From the NCBI GenBank assembly GCA_035626055.1, contig DASPOJ010000029.1:1174-65173 (forward strand): a stretch of 64,000 nt of DNA. Reading direction: 5' to 3'. Shown here in pieces: positions 19,673-29,062 of this stretch (position 1 is the first letter of the stretch; each line of letters begins with the position of its first letter). The position numbers and the translations under genes were made by a program. Origin of the DNA: Candidatus Methylomirabilota bacterium. GTDB taxonomy: Bacteria; Acidobacteriota; Terriglobia; Acidiferrales; UBA7541. The notes below the pieces were generated by a model. It was not told where the DNA came from and searched no databases. It saw only the letters and a program-made list of their open reading frames with translations.

Positions 19673-20899
19673 TTATTCGTAGCGCAAAATTTCGACTGGA
19701 AGAAGTCGTGCGGCAGCACGCGCCGGGATGGCCGTGGATGCAAGACTGATCAGAAGCGCCGCAGCAGCGATCCAGATCGCATCGAATGCGTTCGGTTGAA
19801 ACGGAACGTAGGGAATCGAATACACCTGCGGGTCGAGAGGAATCAACCGGTAAGTCCCCGCGGCCCAGGCCGCGAAGTATCCCGTTGCGAGCCCAGTAAT
19901 GGTTCCGACCGCGCCAATCGCAAGGCCTTGCAAAACGAAGATGTCCCGCACTTGTTCCCGGCGCGCACCCATTGCCATCAAAACGGCGATGTCGCGCGCC
20001 CGGTCACTCACCGTCATCGCGAGCACGACCAGAATGTTGAGGCCCGCAACGAACGTAATCAGGCCGATGAAGAGCGCGGTCACCAGCTTTTCCAAGTGCA
20101 GCGCGCGGAACAAGGCGCGATTCGCATCTTGCCACGTGTTGGTCGTGAAGCCTGGGCCCGCCTCGCTTTGAAGTCTTGCAGCGACTTCCCCGGCGCGATC
20201 CACGTCGGCGAGCCGAAACTCCAGTACGCTCACGACGTCGCCCACCCCGGCCAGCCCTTGCGCCGCACCCAAGGTCACGAAACACCAGTTCGCGTCATAG
20301 TCATAGAATCCGGAATCAAAAATCCCCGAGACTCGAAACCTCCGCGAACGCGGCATCAACCCGAAAGGGGTGAGCCGCCCTTCGGGACTCGTCAGCGTCA
20401 CGTAGTCTCCCAGGCTAATGTTGAGGTCCTGCGAGAGGGTCCGGCCGATCATCATGGAATCGAATCCGTTCGCGTCGGGCGCAAAATCGACCGCTCCGGC
20501 CATAACGCGCTGGAGTGCCTCGTCCGACCCCCGCTCGATGGCGGGGTCCACGCCTTTCATCACAACACCGCGCGCGCGCGACCCAGAAGATAGCAAGACC
20601 GTGAGATAGATCGCCGGCGCCACCGAGCGCACGTCAGGAGTGCGGCCTAATTGCTGCGCCAGGACGCGGTAATCGGCAATTCCTTCGCCACCGGGACGCG
20701 AGAGATTGACGTGCGCGGTGACGCCGAGCAGGCGGTCCTGGAGCGTGTGGCGGAAGCCCGTGTTCATCGAGAGCGCGATGACCAGCGTTCCAACGCCGGC
20801 CGCGACGCCCAGCGTCGCAAGCCAACTGACCAGCCGCAGCACGGCCGGCCGGTGCGGCGAGCGAAGGTGGCGGCGCGCCACCAGCCATTCAAATCTCAT
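19673..20899 (-). CDS. lolE: Lipoprotein-releasing system permease LolC/E (FtsX/MacB-type)
   Basis: [15 protein letters not shown]-terminus typical of LolC/E, a large periplasmic loop, and a C-terminal FtsX-like three-TM bundle. Confidence 0.85.
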   Translation of the reverse strand: MRFEWLVARRHLRSPHRPAVLRLVSWLATLGVAAGVGTLVIALSMNTGFRHTLQDRLLGVTAHVNLSRPGGEGIADYRVLAQQLGRTPDVRSVAPAIYLTVLLSSGSRARGVVMKGVDPAIERGSDEALQRVMAGAVDFAPDANGFDSMMIGRTLSQDLNISLGDYVTLTSPEGRLTPFGLMPRSRRFRVSGIFDSGFYDYDANWCFVTLGAAQGLAGVGDVVSVLEFRLADVDRAGEVAARLQSEAGPGFTTNTWQDANRALFRALHLEKLVTALFIGLITFVAGLNILVVLAMTVSDRARDIAVLMAMGARREQVRDIFVLQGLAIGAVGTITGLATGYFAAWAAGTYRLIPLDPQVYSIPYVPFQPNAFDAIWIAAAALLISLASTAIPARAAARLLPVEILRYE

Positions 20900-22467
20900 T
20901 TGGGTACGCCCGGCGCCGTGGTGTCCGGGCCGGAGGCCTCGTGCCTCGGCTCCGGGCGGAGAAGAGGAAAGAGGATCACGTCTCGAATAGAGTGTGAATT
21001 CGTCAGCAGCATCGTCAGGCGGTCGATCCCAATCCCCTCGCCTGCGGTTGGCGGCATGCCGTGCGCCAGCGCGCGCACGTAGTCCAGGTCGACTTCTTTC
21101 GGCGCTTCCTCTCCGCCCTGGTTCACCTGTTGCCGAAAACGTCGCTCCTGCTCCGCGGGATCGTTCAACTCGGAGAAGCCGTTGGAGAGTTCCATTCCGG
21201 CGACATAGGCCTCGAATCGTTCGGCAACTCCAGGGTCATCCGGCTTGCACTTTGAGAGTGGGGAGATGTCGGTCGGATAGTCATAAAGAATCGTCGGCTG
21301 GATCAGTTTGTGCTCGGCGATGGTCTCAAAGAGCGATCCGGTGATCTCGCCGTCAGTCAGTTCCTCGATTCCCACGATTGGCCCCGACCCTTTGCCCTCG
21401 GCCCAGGCGTTGTAGCGCTGGGCTGCGGCTCGTGGCCCGCCCTGCCGGGCCAACTCCTCGACGGTCGAATGCGGGGCCGCATCTTCCGGCCAGTACTTCA
21501 CGATGGCTTCACGCATGCTGAGCCGCTGCCAGCGGGCCAAATCAATTTCGTGTTCGCCGTAGTGGATCACTGTATCCCCGTGCAGTGCGCGGGCCAGCAC
21601 CGCAAACAAGTCCTCGGTCAGCGCCATGAGATCGCGATAGTCGCTGTAGGCCTGATAGAACTCGAGCATCGTGAATTCGGGATTATGCTGCGTCGAGATG
21701 CCCTCATTGCGAAAGTTGCGGTTGATCTCGTAGACCCGGTCGAGCCCTCCGACGATCAGCCGTTTGAGATACAGCTCCGGCGCGACGCGAAGATACAATT
21801 CCAGATCGAGCGTGTTGTGGTGTGTGACGAACGGCCGGGCAGCCGCGCCTCCCGCGATCGGTTGCATCATCGGGGTTTCGACTTCGATGTAGCCCCGCGC
21901 ATCGAAGAAGTTTCGTAACTCTCGCACGATTTCGGCTCGCCGGAGGAAGACGCGCCGGGCTTCTTCGTTCACGATGAGATCGAGGTAACGCTGGCGGTAG
22001 CGCAACTCCACATCGGCAAGTCCGTGCCATTTCTCCGGTAAGGGCAGCAGCGCCTTTGCGAGAAGCGACAGAGTCTGCACCCAGAGGGTCAGCTCGCCCG
22101 TCTTCGTGCGGAAGACGCGCCCCGAAACTCCGATGGAATCACCCAAATCCAGTAGTTGGAACAACTGGAATGCCAGCGCGCCGACCACATCCAGCTTCAC
22201 GTAGACCTGCATGCGCTCGCCCGCGCCGGCGATATGCGCGAAGCCCGCCTTGCCGTGCAGACGCAGCGTCATGATTCTCCCTGCGACACGCGCCTCCGGC
22301 TTTTGCTCTTCCAGCTCTGTAGCGCTGCTGCCGCTGTACCGCGCGACTATTTCGGCTACTGTTGCGGTCGGATCAAACCGGTGCGGGTAGGACTCAAAAC
22401 CAAGGGCTTGGATTTCGGCGAGCTTCTTCTGGCGCTGCAGGTACTGATCGAGCGGCTCGAAAGGCAA
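20896..22467 (-). CDS. lysS: Lysine--tRNA ligase (class II)
   Basis: Class II LysS signatures: [40 protein letters not shown] at 22467 with GGAAAGGA upstream gives a typical 523-aa protein. The listed ORF to 22737 is probably an upstream extension; an alternative ATG lies at 22560. Confidence 0.9.
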   Translation of the reverse strand: MPFEPLDQYLQRQKKLAEIQALGFESYPHRFDPTATVAEIVARYSGSSATELEEQKPEARVAGRIMTLRLHGKAGFAHIAGAGERMQVYVKLDVVGALAFQLFQLLDLGDSIGVSGRVFRTKTGELTLWVQTLSLLAKALLPLPEKWHGLADVELRYRQRYLDLIVNEEARRVFLRRAEIVRELRNFFDARGYIEVETPMMQPIAGGAAARPFVTHHNTLDLELYLRVAPELYLKRLIVGGLDRVYEINRNFRNEGISTQHNPEFTMLEFYQAYSDYRDLMALTEDLFAVLARALHGDTVIHYGEHEIDLARWQRLSMREAIVKYWPEDAAPHSTVEELARQGGPRAAAQRYNAWAEGKGSGPIVGIEELTDGEITGSLFETIAEHKLIQPTILYDYPTDISPLSKCKPDDPGVAERFEAYVAGMELSNGFSELNDPAEQERRFRQQVNQGGEEAPKEVDLDYVRALAHGMPPTAGEGIGIDRLTMLLTNSHSIRDVILFPLLRPEPRHEASGPDTTAPGVPK

Positions 22468-22581
22468 AGACGCGGTCCTTTCCCCGGAATTCGTGCGGCA
22501 GTATAGCCACCGGCCACCGCGTGTGCAAGAAGCCCCCGGCGCCGGACGTTGTGATATCATACCCCGCCTTGGGGGTGGGGC

Positions 22582-23262
22582 GTGGGTGATTCGGGTGCAA
22601 GCTGGCCTGACGTTCGGCCGCGCACGGTCGAGGAGGACTGGCGAGCGAGCCTCCCGAGCGAGCCGGGCCGCGTCTACGGCACCGCGCATGATCTTCTCAA
22701 GGACTCCTACGTCATTCAAAGCGTCACGCTGAATCAAGCTTTCGTGTTGTGTGCGGAAAAGCGATACGAGACGGCTCGTCAGTGCACCCTTACATTTGCC
22801 CAGTTGTTCGATCGCCTGGCTGAGGTCTTGCTAGGCGCGATCCAGGTCATGGAGGAGCACGGCCGCCACTTCGGTACCCTGCCGAACGTTCATCCTCTTG
22901 ACCCCGCCAACTTCAGGGGCCCGGCGGCCCAGCAGGTCGCTCGCCTGGACAATTTGCTGGGTAGGAATCTGTTCAAGGCACGCTCCCGGTTTTTTCATAA
23001 GCTCTCGGCTTTGGGGGACGCCCTCACCGAGGTTCGGCAACAGTCTTGTTCGATCGCCGGGGAGGTCATGGGCGGCGAGGAGCGATCCCTGGAAGCGACC
23101 TGCAGCTCGTTGGAAGTCTTGGACTACGACCTGAATACCTGCATGCAAGAGACTCTGGTTGTCTTGAAGTCTTTCTTTTGCGCCCTCCCGGCGAAAGAGG
23201 TGGCGGTGTTTCGAGAGAAACTATTGAAACGGATGCATTCACTCTCAGGGCTTCGCCGGTAG
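22582..23262 (+). CDS. Hypothetical protein
   Basis: High GC3 over the whole ORF, divergent from lysS. No recognisable motif and the start is uncertain. Confidence 0.45.
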   Translation: MGDSGASWPDVRPRTVEEDWRASLPSEPGRVYGTAHDLLKDSYVIQSVTLNQAFVLCAEKRYETARQCTLTFAQLFDRLAEVLLGAIQVMEEHGRHFGTLPNVHPLDPANFRGPAAQQVARLDNLLGRNLFKARSRFFHKLSALGDALTEVRQQSCSIAGEVMGGEERSLEATCSSLEVLDYDLNTCMQETLVVLKSFFCALPAKEVAVFREKLLKRMHSLSGLRR

Positions 23263-23546
23263 ACGCCGGTTCCAATACTCCGGCTGAATCATTCTCGCAA
23301 ACCTGATGCAATAAGCAGCCCTTTGAAGAAGACCCCTACCTGGATCGTGATCGAACGCCGCTAGACGTCCGTCTGATTTCCGCAGACAATAGGCGGGCCT
23401 CCCAGTCGGCCCTCGGGTGCGATCCGGATTTGGACAGGCGCAAGGGTGCCGAGGACGTGCCTGCGCAGGCACGCTGGTGGAAGGCAAGTACAACTTAAGG
23501 AGCGAGGGACGCATCCCAAAACAAGGGTAGCGTCCTGACGGATCGA

Positions 23547-24191
23547 GTGCCCCGCACGAGGCGAAGTGAAACCGGCGAGTTATCGGAGGCAGACGCCATA
23601 CGGTTGGCCCAACTGGGCGACCCGGCGGCGTTTGAGCGCATCTATCAGTTGCATAGTCGCCGGGTTTACGCATTGTGCTTGCGCATGGTAGGGAACACAG
23701 CCGAGGCCGAGGATCTTGCGCAGGAAGCGTTCCTGCAGTTATTCCGCAAGATTGGGACGTTTCGTGGCGAGTCGGCATTCAGCACCTGGTTGCACCGATT
23801 GGCGGTCAACGTCGTGCTGATGAAGCTGCGAAAGAAATCCCTGCCCGAAACTTCGCTGGAAGAGCAGACCGAGCCTGATGAGGAAGCGGGTGGGCCGAGG
23901 AAGGATATTGGCGGACCGGACCTGCTGTTGACAGGCTCCGTAGATCGGGTGAATTTGCAGCGCGCGATCGAGCAGTTGCCGCCGGGATATAAATCGGTCT
24001 TCGTGCTGCACGATATTCAAGGATACGAGCACAACGAAATCGCCCAGATCATGACCTGCTCGATCGGGAACTCGAAGTCGCAGTTGCACAAAGCTCGCAT
24101 GCGTCTGCGCGAGCTGCTGCAGGAAACGTTGCGCAATCAGGCGCGCCAGCAACGGCAGGCGGCGAAGGGCGAATCTGCGAGGACGGATTGA
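23547..24191 (+). CDS. ECF-type RNA polymerase sigma factor (module A)
   Basis: Region 2 ([61 protein letters not shown]) and region 4 ([41 protein letters not shown]). Confidence 0.92.
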   Translation: MPRTRRSETGELSEADAIRLAQLGDPAAFERIYQLHSRRVYALCLRMVGNTAEAEDLAQEAFLQLFRKIGTFRGESAFSTWLHRLAVNVVLMKLRKKSLPETSLEEQTEPDEEAGGPRKDIGGPDLLLTGSVDRVNLQRAIEQLPPGYKSVFVLHDIQGYEHNEIAQIMTCSIGNSKSQLHKARMRLRELLQETLRNQARQQRQAAKGESARTD

Positions 24192-24257
24192 AAGCTTGAT
24201 TGGAGTTCCGGGTGCCGGGCCAACTGAGAACTTGAATCGGGCATAGGGACGACGGCC

Positions 24258-24917
24258 ATGTCGTGCCACGAATTGAAGAACATTCTTTCGCAGGAGCCGG
24301 ACGGCGCGATGACCATGGAGGTGCGCAAGCATCTCGAGGGCTGCGCGGACTGCCGGGCCCTTGCGTCCGACTTGGCGGCGATCCGGCTGGCCTCTCTCGA
24401 TCTCCCGGCTGAGGAAGAACCGCACGGGCGGGTTTGGGCCCGGATCCGTTTGCAACTCGAGGCCGAAGGGCTGATTCGCGAGCCGCAGTTCGAGCCCTCG
24501 CCGCAGCGCGTCGCCCTACGGAGTCTTTTCCAGCGCCCCGCGTTTGCAGGAACTGTGTTGGGACTTCTTCTTCTGGCCGCTGGCTTTGCGGGCGTGCGAA
24601 GTTTGCGTACTGGCCCGGACATCACGGCCCAGGCACAACTGCCAACTCAGCCCCAGCCGTCTGAAGAAGCCGTGCAGGAAGCCTCGCTTAACGCTTCGGA
24701 GACCAGCATTGAATCTTTGCAGCAGGTCGATCCCCAAGTGCAGGCGGTCTTCAAGCGCGATTTCGCTTTGGTTGACAACGTGATTTCGATGTGTGAAAAG
24801 AGTGTCCGCGAACAGCCCGATAACGATTTGGCCCGCGAATATCTCAATGATGCGTACCAGCAGAAAGCCCAGCTTCTGGCCGTCGCGATGGACCGGGGCA
24901 CACTAGGGGGACGGTGA
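24258..24917 (+). CDS. Anti-sigma factor, zf-HC2 type, single TM (module A)
   Basis: N-terminal MSCHELKNIL...HLEGCADCRALASDL (H-x3-C-x2-C), and a TM segment AFAGTVLGLLLLAAGFAGV. Immediately downstream of the ECF sigma gene. Confidence 0.85.
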   Translation: MSCHELKNILSQEPDGAMTMEVRKHLEGCADCRALASDLAAIRLASLDLPAEEEPHGRVWARIRLQLEAEGLIREPQFEPSPQRVALRSLFQRPAFAGTVLGLLLLAAGFAGVRSLRTGPDITAQAQLPTQPQPSEEAVQEASLNASETSIESLQQVDPQVQAVFKRDFALVDNVISMCEKSVREQPDNDLAREYLNDAYQQKAQLLAVAMDRGTLGGR

Positions 24918-25786
24918 GCGCCATGAAAGCATTTTCTCGCATTACCGGAGTATCGATTGCCATGATGGGGGCTCTGTTTCTGATAGGAGTTCCCGCACAA
25001 GCGCATCATGTCGAAAAGCATTTTCAGGTCACGGGCAAGCCGGTGGTTACGGTTCGCAATCCGAGCGGCAACATTCAGGTGAAGGCCTGGAATAAACCCG
25101 AGGTGATGATTTCGATGAACTTTGCGAGCGACAAGCTGCAGATCGCTGGCGAACAGGCCGGCGATCGCATCGAGGTCGAAACGCAAATCGTCGGTGAGAA
25201 TCCAACTTCGGACGAGTTGAAAGCCGATTACGTAGTTTCGGTGCCGGAGGAGAGCGAGCTTCAGGTTCGAACCGACTCGGGCGATGTCACCGTGGACAGC
25301 GTGCACGGCAACATGACGTTCGATATTGTAGGCGCAAATCTCGAGCTTTCCGACGTGGAGGGCTACGTCGTCATCAAGAGCATTGACGGTTCGCTCGTCT
25401 GCACGCGTTGCGCGGGCAGCCTCGACGCCACCTCGATCAGCGGCAGCTTTCGATTGATTCAGCCTTCGATGGACAGCGTCCGCATCCAGACTTCTTCGGG
25501 AAACATCCTGTTCGACGGCAATTTCATCCGCCGCGGAATTTACATCTTGAAGAACTACAGCGGCACGATCGAAGTCCGGTTCTCGCCCAGCGATTCCTTC
25601 GATGTCGCGGCGAATTCCCTCTACGGCAAGGTGTACAACGAGGCGCCGGTCAAGCCGGACGTGCACGGCAATACGCGGCCGCCGAAATATTCCAACGCGC
25701 TGTTGTTCGGCTCCGTCAACCAGGGCAACGCCAAAGTCGAGCTCTCTTCCTTTAGTGGTACAATCAAGATCCTAAAGCGTGATTGA
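24914..25786 (+). CDS. DUF4097/Toastrack-like secreted beta-helix protein (module A)
   Basis: Signal peptide, then periodic repeats (NPSGNIQVKAW, TDSGDVTVDSVHGNMTF, SIDGSLV, SISGSFRL, TSSGNILFDG, NYSGTIEV, SFSGTIKI). GTG at 24914 overlaps the anti-sigma stop (GTGA); an alternative ATG lies at 24923. Confidence 0.75.
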   Translation: MSAMKAFSRITGVSIAMMGALFLIGVPAQAHHVEKHFQVTGKPVVTVRNPSGNIQVKAWNKPEVMISMNFASDKLQIAGEQAGDRIEVETQIVGENPTSDELKADYVVSVPEESELQVRTDSGDVTVDSVHGNMTFDIVGANLELSDVEGYVVIKSIDGSLVCTRCAGSLDATSISGSFRLIQPSMDSVRIQTSSGNILFDGNFIRRGIYILKNYSGTIEVRFSPSDSFDVAANSLYGKVYNEAPVKPDVHGNTRPPKYSNALLFGSVNQGNAKVELSSFSGTIKILKRD

Positions 25787-25827
25787 ACGCTCCGGATCGC
25801 TTGTTCGAACCACACAACCCTGCGTCC

Positions 25828-26412
25828 ATGCCCTCCGGTCCTGAACCCCGGCGCCGCCTCGCGTGTCTGGTTGGCTTCATGGGGTCTGGGAAAACCACCG
25901 TCGGCCGGCTCCTTGCCGCGCAACTCGCCTGGCGCTTCCTCGATCTCGATCAGCAAATTGAAGAGCAAGCCGGATTGTCCGTCTCCGAAATTTTCGCGCG
26001 CAGCGGCGAGCCGGCCTTTCGCGACCTCGAGCACGAATGTCTGCTGCGCGCGCTGGGCTGGGCCGCCGAGCGGAACCTCCCCTTGGTGTTGGCGCTGGGC
26101 GGCGGAACGTTCGTTCAACCACGCAACGTCAATGCCTTGCGCGACGCCGGCGCCACCGTGCTCTGGCTGGATTGCCCGGTGGACGAACTCCTCCAACGCT
26201 GCGTCATGATGGCGGACCGTCCGCTGTTTCGCGACGAAGCGAGTTTCCGCAAACTTTATGAGGATCGGCTCCCGTTCTATCGGCAGGCGGACCACCGCAT
26301 CGAATCACACGCGGATTCCCACGAAGCGGTCGAGCGCATCCTGAGATTGCGCATCTTCGATCGAGCGAGTTCGCTGGAGGCAAATCCAACCGCTGGGAGC
26401 GTGATTTCATGA
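25828..26412 (+). CDS. aroK: Shikimate kinase
   Basis: LVGFMGSGKTTVGRLLA P-loop, DLDQQIEEQAG, FRDLE, GGG lid motif. ATG at 25828 gives a canonical N-terminus; the listed TTG at 25783 would overlap the upstream stop. Confidence 0.88.
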   Translation: MPSGPEPRRRLACLVGFMGSGKTTVGRLLAAQLAWRFLDLDQQIEEQAGLSVSEIFARSGEPAFRDLEHECLLRALGWAAERNLPLVLALGGGTFVQPRNVNALRDAGATVLWLDCPVDELLQRCVMMADRPLFRDEASFRKLYEDRLPFYRQADHRIESHADSHEAVERILRLRIFDRASSLEANPTAGSVIS

Positions 26413-27107
26413 GGCGATGTGCGCTTTCCGGATGTCTTGCGGTTGCCGCTCTTCTGATCCTTCAGCTCGGAGTGCGCGCCGATCAGGCCCAGCTTAAGAA
26501 AACTGGTCCCGTGTTTTCCGCGGATAAGGGGCGTTTTCGCATAGTGCTGGACGGTGTCAGGGTCGGCACAGAACAGTTCGACATTACGCCCGATGGGCAA
26601 GCATGGGTCGCCCGTAGCTCAACCGACCTGCAGATTCCCAATGGCAGCGAAATGAAGGCCGTGGGCGAATTGCGATTGGCGGCGGAGGGCGCGCCTTTGC
26701 ACTACCAGTGGTCAACGGTGGCGCCGAAGGCTGCAAGCGGAAGCGTGAGTTTTGAGAATGGCACGGCCAAGTGCTCCCTTACGATCGGTACCGCGGATCC
26801 ATTCCTCAGAGATTTTCACTTTGACGATCCCCACGTCACCGTGCTCGACAACAATCTCTACTATCAGTACGCGGTGCTGGCGCGCGTCTATGATTGGGCC
26901 GCGGCCAGCGAGCAGGATTTTCACGTTGTGATCCCGCAAGACATGATTCCCGGTACCGTCAAAGTGAAATTGGCGGGTTCCAGCGGTCCACTCTCGGAAC
27001 TCGTGGTCACGACCCCCGATCTTGAAATTCATCTGTTTTGCGATACGAATCACCGGATGATTCGCCTCGAAGTTCCCGCCTCGAAAGTGGTCGTCGAGCG
27101 CGAGTAA
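26409..27107 (+). CDS. Secreted hypothetical protein
   Basis: Signal peptide MRRCALSGCLAVAALLILQLGVRA. The ATG overlaps the aroK stop (ATGA). No recognised family. Confidence 0.6.
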   Translation: MRRCALSGCLAVAALLILQLGVRADQAQLKKTGPVFSADKGRFRIVLDGVRVGTEQFDITPDGQAWVARSSTDLQIPNGSEMKAVGELRLAAEGAPLHYQWSTVAPKAASGSVSFENGTAKCSLTIGTADPFLRDFHFDDPHVTVLDNNLYYQYAVLARVYDWAAASEQDFHVVIPQDMIPGTVKVKLAGSSGPLSELVVTTPDLEIHLFCDTNHRMIRLEVPASKVVVERE

Positions 27108-27214
27108 CGCGGAACCTTTTTCACTCGATATTTTCCTCCAACTTCGCAGCGGTGACCCCGCCCCGCGGAGGGCGCCGTCTTCATTCTCGACGCCTCGCCA
27201 GTTTGTAAATGAAG

Positions 27215-27247
27215 CGGGCCTCTCGGTTGTGCTTGCCGGGCGGCCCG
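27215..27247 (-). terminator. Candidate intrinsic terminator hairpin after the minus-strand ECF operon
   Basis: CGGGCC-TCT-CGG-(9 nt loop)-CCG-GGC-GGCCCG imperfect hairpin, 30 nt downstream of the PDZ gene stop. On the minus strand it is followed by CTTCATTTACAAA (moderately U-rich). Confidence 0.35.
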
Positions 27248-27277
27248 TGAAACGTTGCGTTCCCGAAGTGGAAAAAC

Positions 27278-28207
27278 TTAGATACTCATATGACGGCCTG
27301 TCGAGACACTAGGTTTCGGCGGAGCCGGCTGCTGCGGTTCAACTGCGAGGGACATCTCTGCGCCTTTGCGCAGCAGCGTCAGCGTAACGGATTTCACTTC
27401 GTGTTTTTCTACCAGCTTCGCGCGAAGCTCGCCCACGTTGTGGACGCGATCGCCATCCAGTTTCGTTATGACGTCGCCCGCCTTGAGTCCAGCCTTGGCC
27501 GCGGGCGTGTCCGCCAACACGTCGGTCACCAGAACACCTTCCCCGTCCGGAGCGCCAAAATATTCGCCGAGTTGCCCGGAGAGGTCGATCGCCTCTACTC
27601 CAAGCCTCGGCGTTCGCCCCATCATCATCGGCATATCCGGAAACATGTTGGGGCCCACCCCGAATCGGTAAACGAATTCGTGCGGCATGGCCTTCTGGAT
27701 GGCCTCCTGCATCTCATCCTGCCGGCTTTCGAGTTGTACAGAAACGCTCTGCGACTTCGCATCCCGCCAGTACGTAACGCTCACCGTCCGGCCCGGAGGA
27801 GTTTCACGAATCATGCGGCGAAACGCGGTGGTTCCCTCGACGCGCTCGCCATCGTATTCGGTGATGACGTCGCCCGGCTTGAGTCCCGCTTTCGCCGCCG
27901 GGCTATTGTCTTGCACTTCGGTCAGCAAGACGCCGCGCACGGCGGGAAGCTTCAACTCTTTGGTCTTGTCTTCGCTGACTTCTTCGATCGTCACGCCCAT
28001 CCAAGCTGAGCCCATGCCGATCTGGGCGAGTTGCGCGTCGAGGTCGATCATGTCCGGCATCGGGGGAACTATTTCGCTCGCTTCCGGCGGAGCGGGAGGG
28101 GCCGGCGGCTCGGGTGCCTGTTGTGCTCGACCGCGAATCGGCAAATAGGCCGCGAGCAGTGTGGCGATGGCAACTGCGGGCAGTTTCCAGACTTTGGAGT
28201 TCTTCAT
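27278..28207 (-). CDS. Secreted protein consisting of two PDZ domains, no protease domain (module B)
   Basis: ATG at 28207 has GAGAGGAG upstream and gives the signal peptide MKNSKVWKLPAVAIATLLAAYLPIRGRAQ. There are two PDZ cores (GVLLTEVQDNSPAAKAGLKPGDVITEYDG and GVLVTDVLADTPAAKAGLKAGDVITKLDG). No Ser-protease triad motifs were seen. Confidence 0.8.
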   Translation of the reverse strand: MKNSKVWKLPAVAIATLLAAYLPIRGRAQQAPEPPAPPAPPEASEIVPPMPDMIDLDAQLAQIGMGSAWMGVTIEEVSEDKTKELKLPAVRGVLLTEVQDNSPAAKAGLKPGDVITEYDGERVEGTTAFRRMIRETPPGRTVSVTYWRDAKSQSVSVQLESRQDEMQEAIQKAMPHEFVYRFGVGPNMFPDMPMMMGRTPRLGVEAIDLSGQLGEYFGAPDGEGVLVTDVLADTPAAKAGLKAGDVITKLDGDRVHNVGELRAKLVEKHEVKSVTLTLLRKGAEMSLAVEPQQPAPPKPSVSTGRHMSI

Positions 28208-28274
28208 CTTGTATCTCCTCTCATCTAATTCGACGCTGCGCGCGCGCTCCGGTGAGCGCGACGCGGGGGAGGGA

Positions 28275-29033
28275 TCACACCGTCGGCTTCCACTCGATGA
28301 TTCGCACCGAGCCGTTGACGGTGCGCAGCCGGATCTCGCTTCCGCCGCTGCCGAGTTGCCCGTGGAATTCGCGCGCGCCGGAAGCACTGAATGCCGAAAC
28401 CGGAAAGTCCGAGTGGAAGTCGCCGTTCATCGTGCGAACATCCAGCGCGGCATTTGCGCCGGAAACGAGCGCCACGACGATGGAGCCGTTCACGGTCTCC
28501 GCGGTGACCGGTGTCTCTCCCAATCGCTTAAGCTCCATGTGAATATCGCCGTTGGTTGTGTGCGCGGAGAGCGAGCCGGCGCTGTCGAAAACTTCGACGT
28601 TGCCGTTCACGGAACGCAAATCGCCGGAGGTCTCCAGACCCGTCACTTGAATGCCGCCGTTCACGGTTGCGATTCCTTGCAGCAAGACGTGCTGCGGCAC
28701 GCGCACCGTGTATGCGACAGACACCTCGACGCCCTTTTCTTCCGGATAGATGGTTTTCACGGCGACGTGGCTGGCGTCGGCCTCCACTTGAATCGTCACC
28801 TTCGCCAGATCCGCCGCATTGTGAGCCGCTGTTTTCACCGCATGAATCTGCACCTCGTTCCGGTCCCAGCCGGAAATCTCGATCTTTCCGTTCACGTTCT
28901 GCAACGCGAACGCTCCGCCGGGGGAAAGCGGGTACGTCTTGTCGAACGCTTCGTCCGCCGCACGCGCCGGTAGCGCCCACACGAATGCCGCTGCCGCAAG
29001 GATCAATGCAAGCTGGAGTTTGCGCATCCTCAC
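28275..29033 (-). CDS. DUF4097/Toastrack-like secreted beta-helix protein (module B)
   Basis: Signal peptide MRMRKLQLALILAAAAFVWALPARA, then periodic NVNGKIEISGW, TVNGGIQVTG, SVNGNVEVF, TTNGDIHMEL, TVNGSIVVAL, TMNGDFHSDF, TVNGSVRII repeats. Confidence 0.8.
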   Translation of the reverse strand: MRMRKLQLALILAAAAFVWALPARAADEAFDKTYPLSPGGAFALQNVNGKIEISGWDRNEVQIHAVKTAAHNAADLAKVTIQVEADASHVAVKTIYPEEKGVEVSVAYTVRVPQHVLLQGIATVNGGIQVTGLETSGDLRSVNGNVEVFDSAGSLSAHTTNGDIHMELKRLGETPVTAETVNGSIVVALVSGANAALDVRTMNGDFHSDFPVSAFSASGAREFHGQLGSGGSEIRLRTVNGSVRIIEWKPTV

Positions 29034-29062
29034 ACCTCTACGAGAGATTTGGCCCGTTTTCG

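Noticed and set aside
19342-19743. 133-aa ORF spanning the lolE-lolD spacer.
   Set aside because: Its 5' part overlaps the lolE 3' end in another frame. The spacer part has GC3 near 48% by hand count, well below the neighbours. It has no convincing RBS spacing and no family resemblance. It is kept only as part of the spacer finding.
22468-22737. N-terminal extensions of listed ORFs: lysS to 22737, clpC to 18600, PDZ to 28387, acyl-CoA dehydrogenase to 51570, PilZ to 47125, hydrolase from 46848, permease from 32810, ORF 2147.
   Set aside because: The extensions are Arg/Pro-rich and lack homology to the family N-termini. Better-placed starts with SD-like sequences exist downstream. Several extensions would overlap neighbouring genes.
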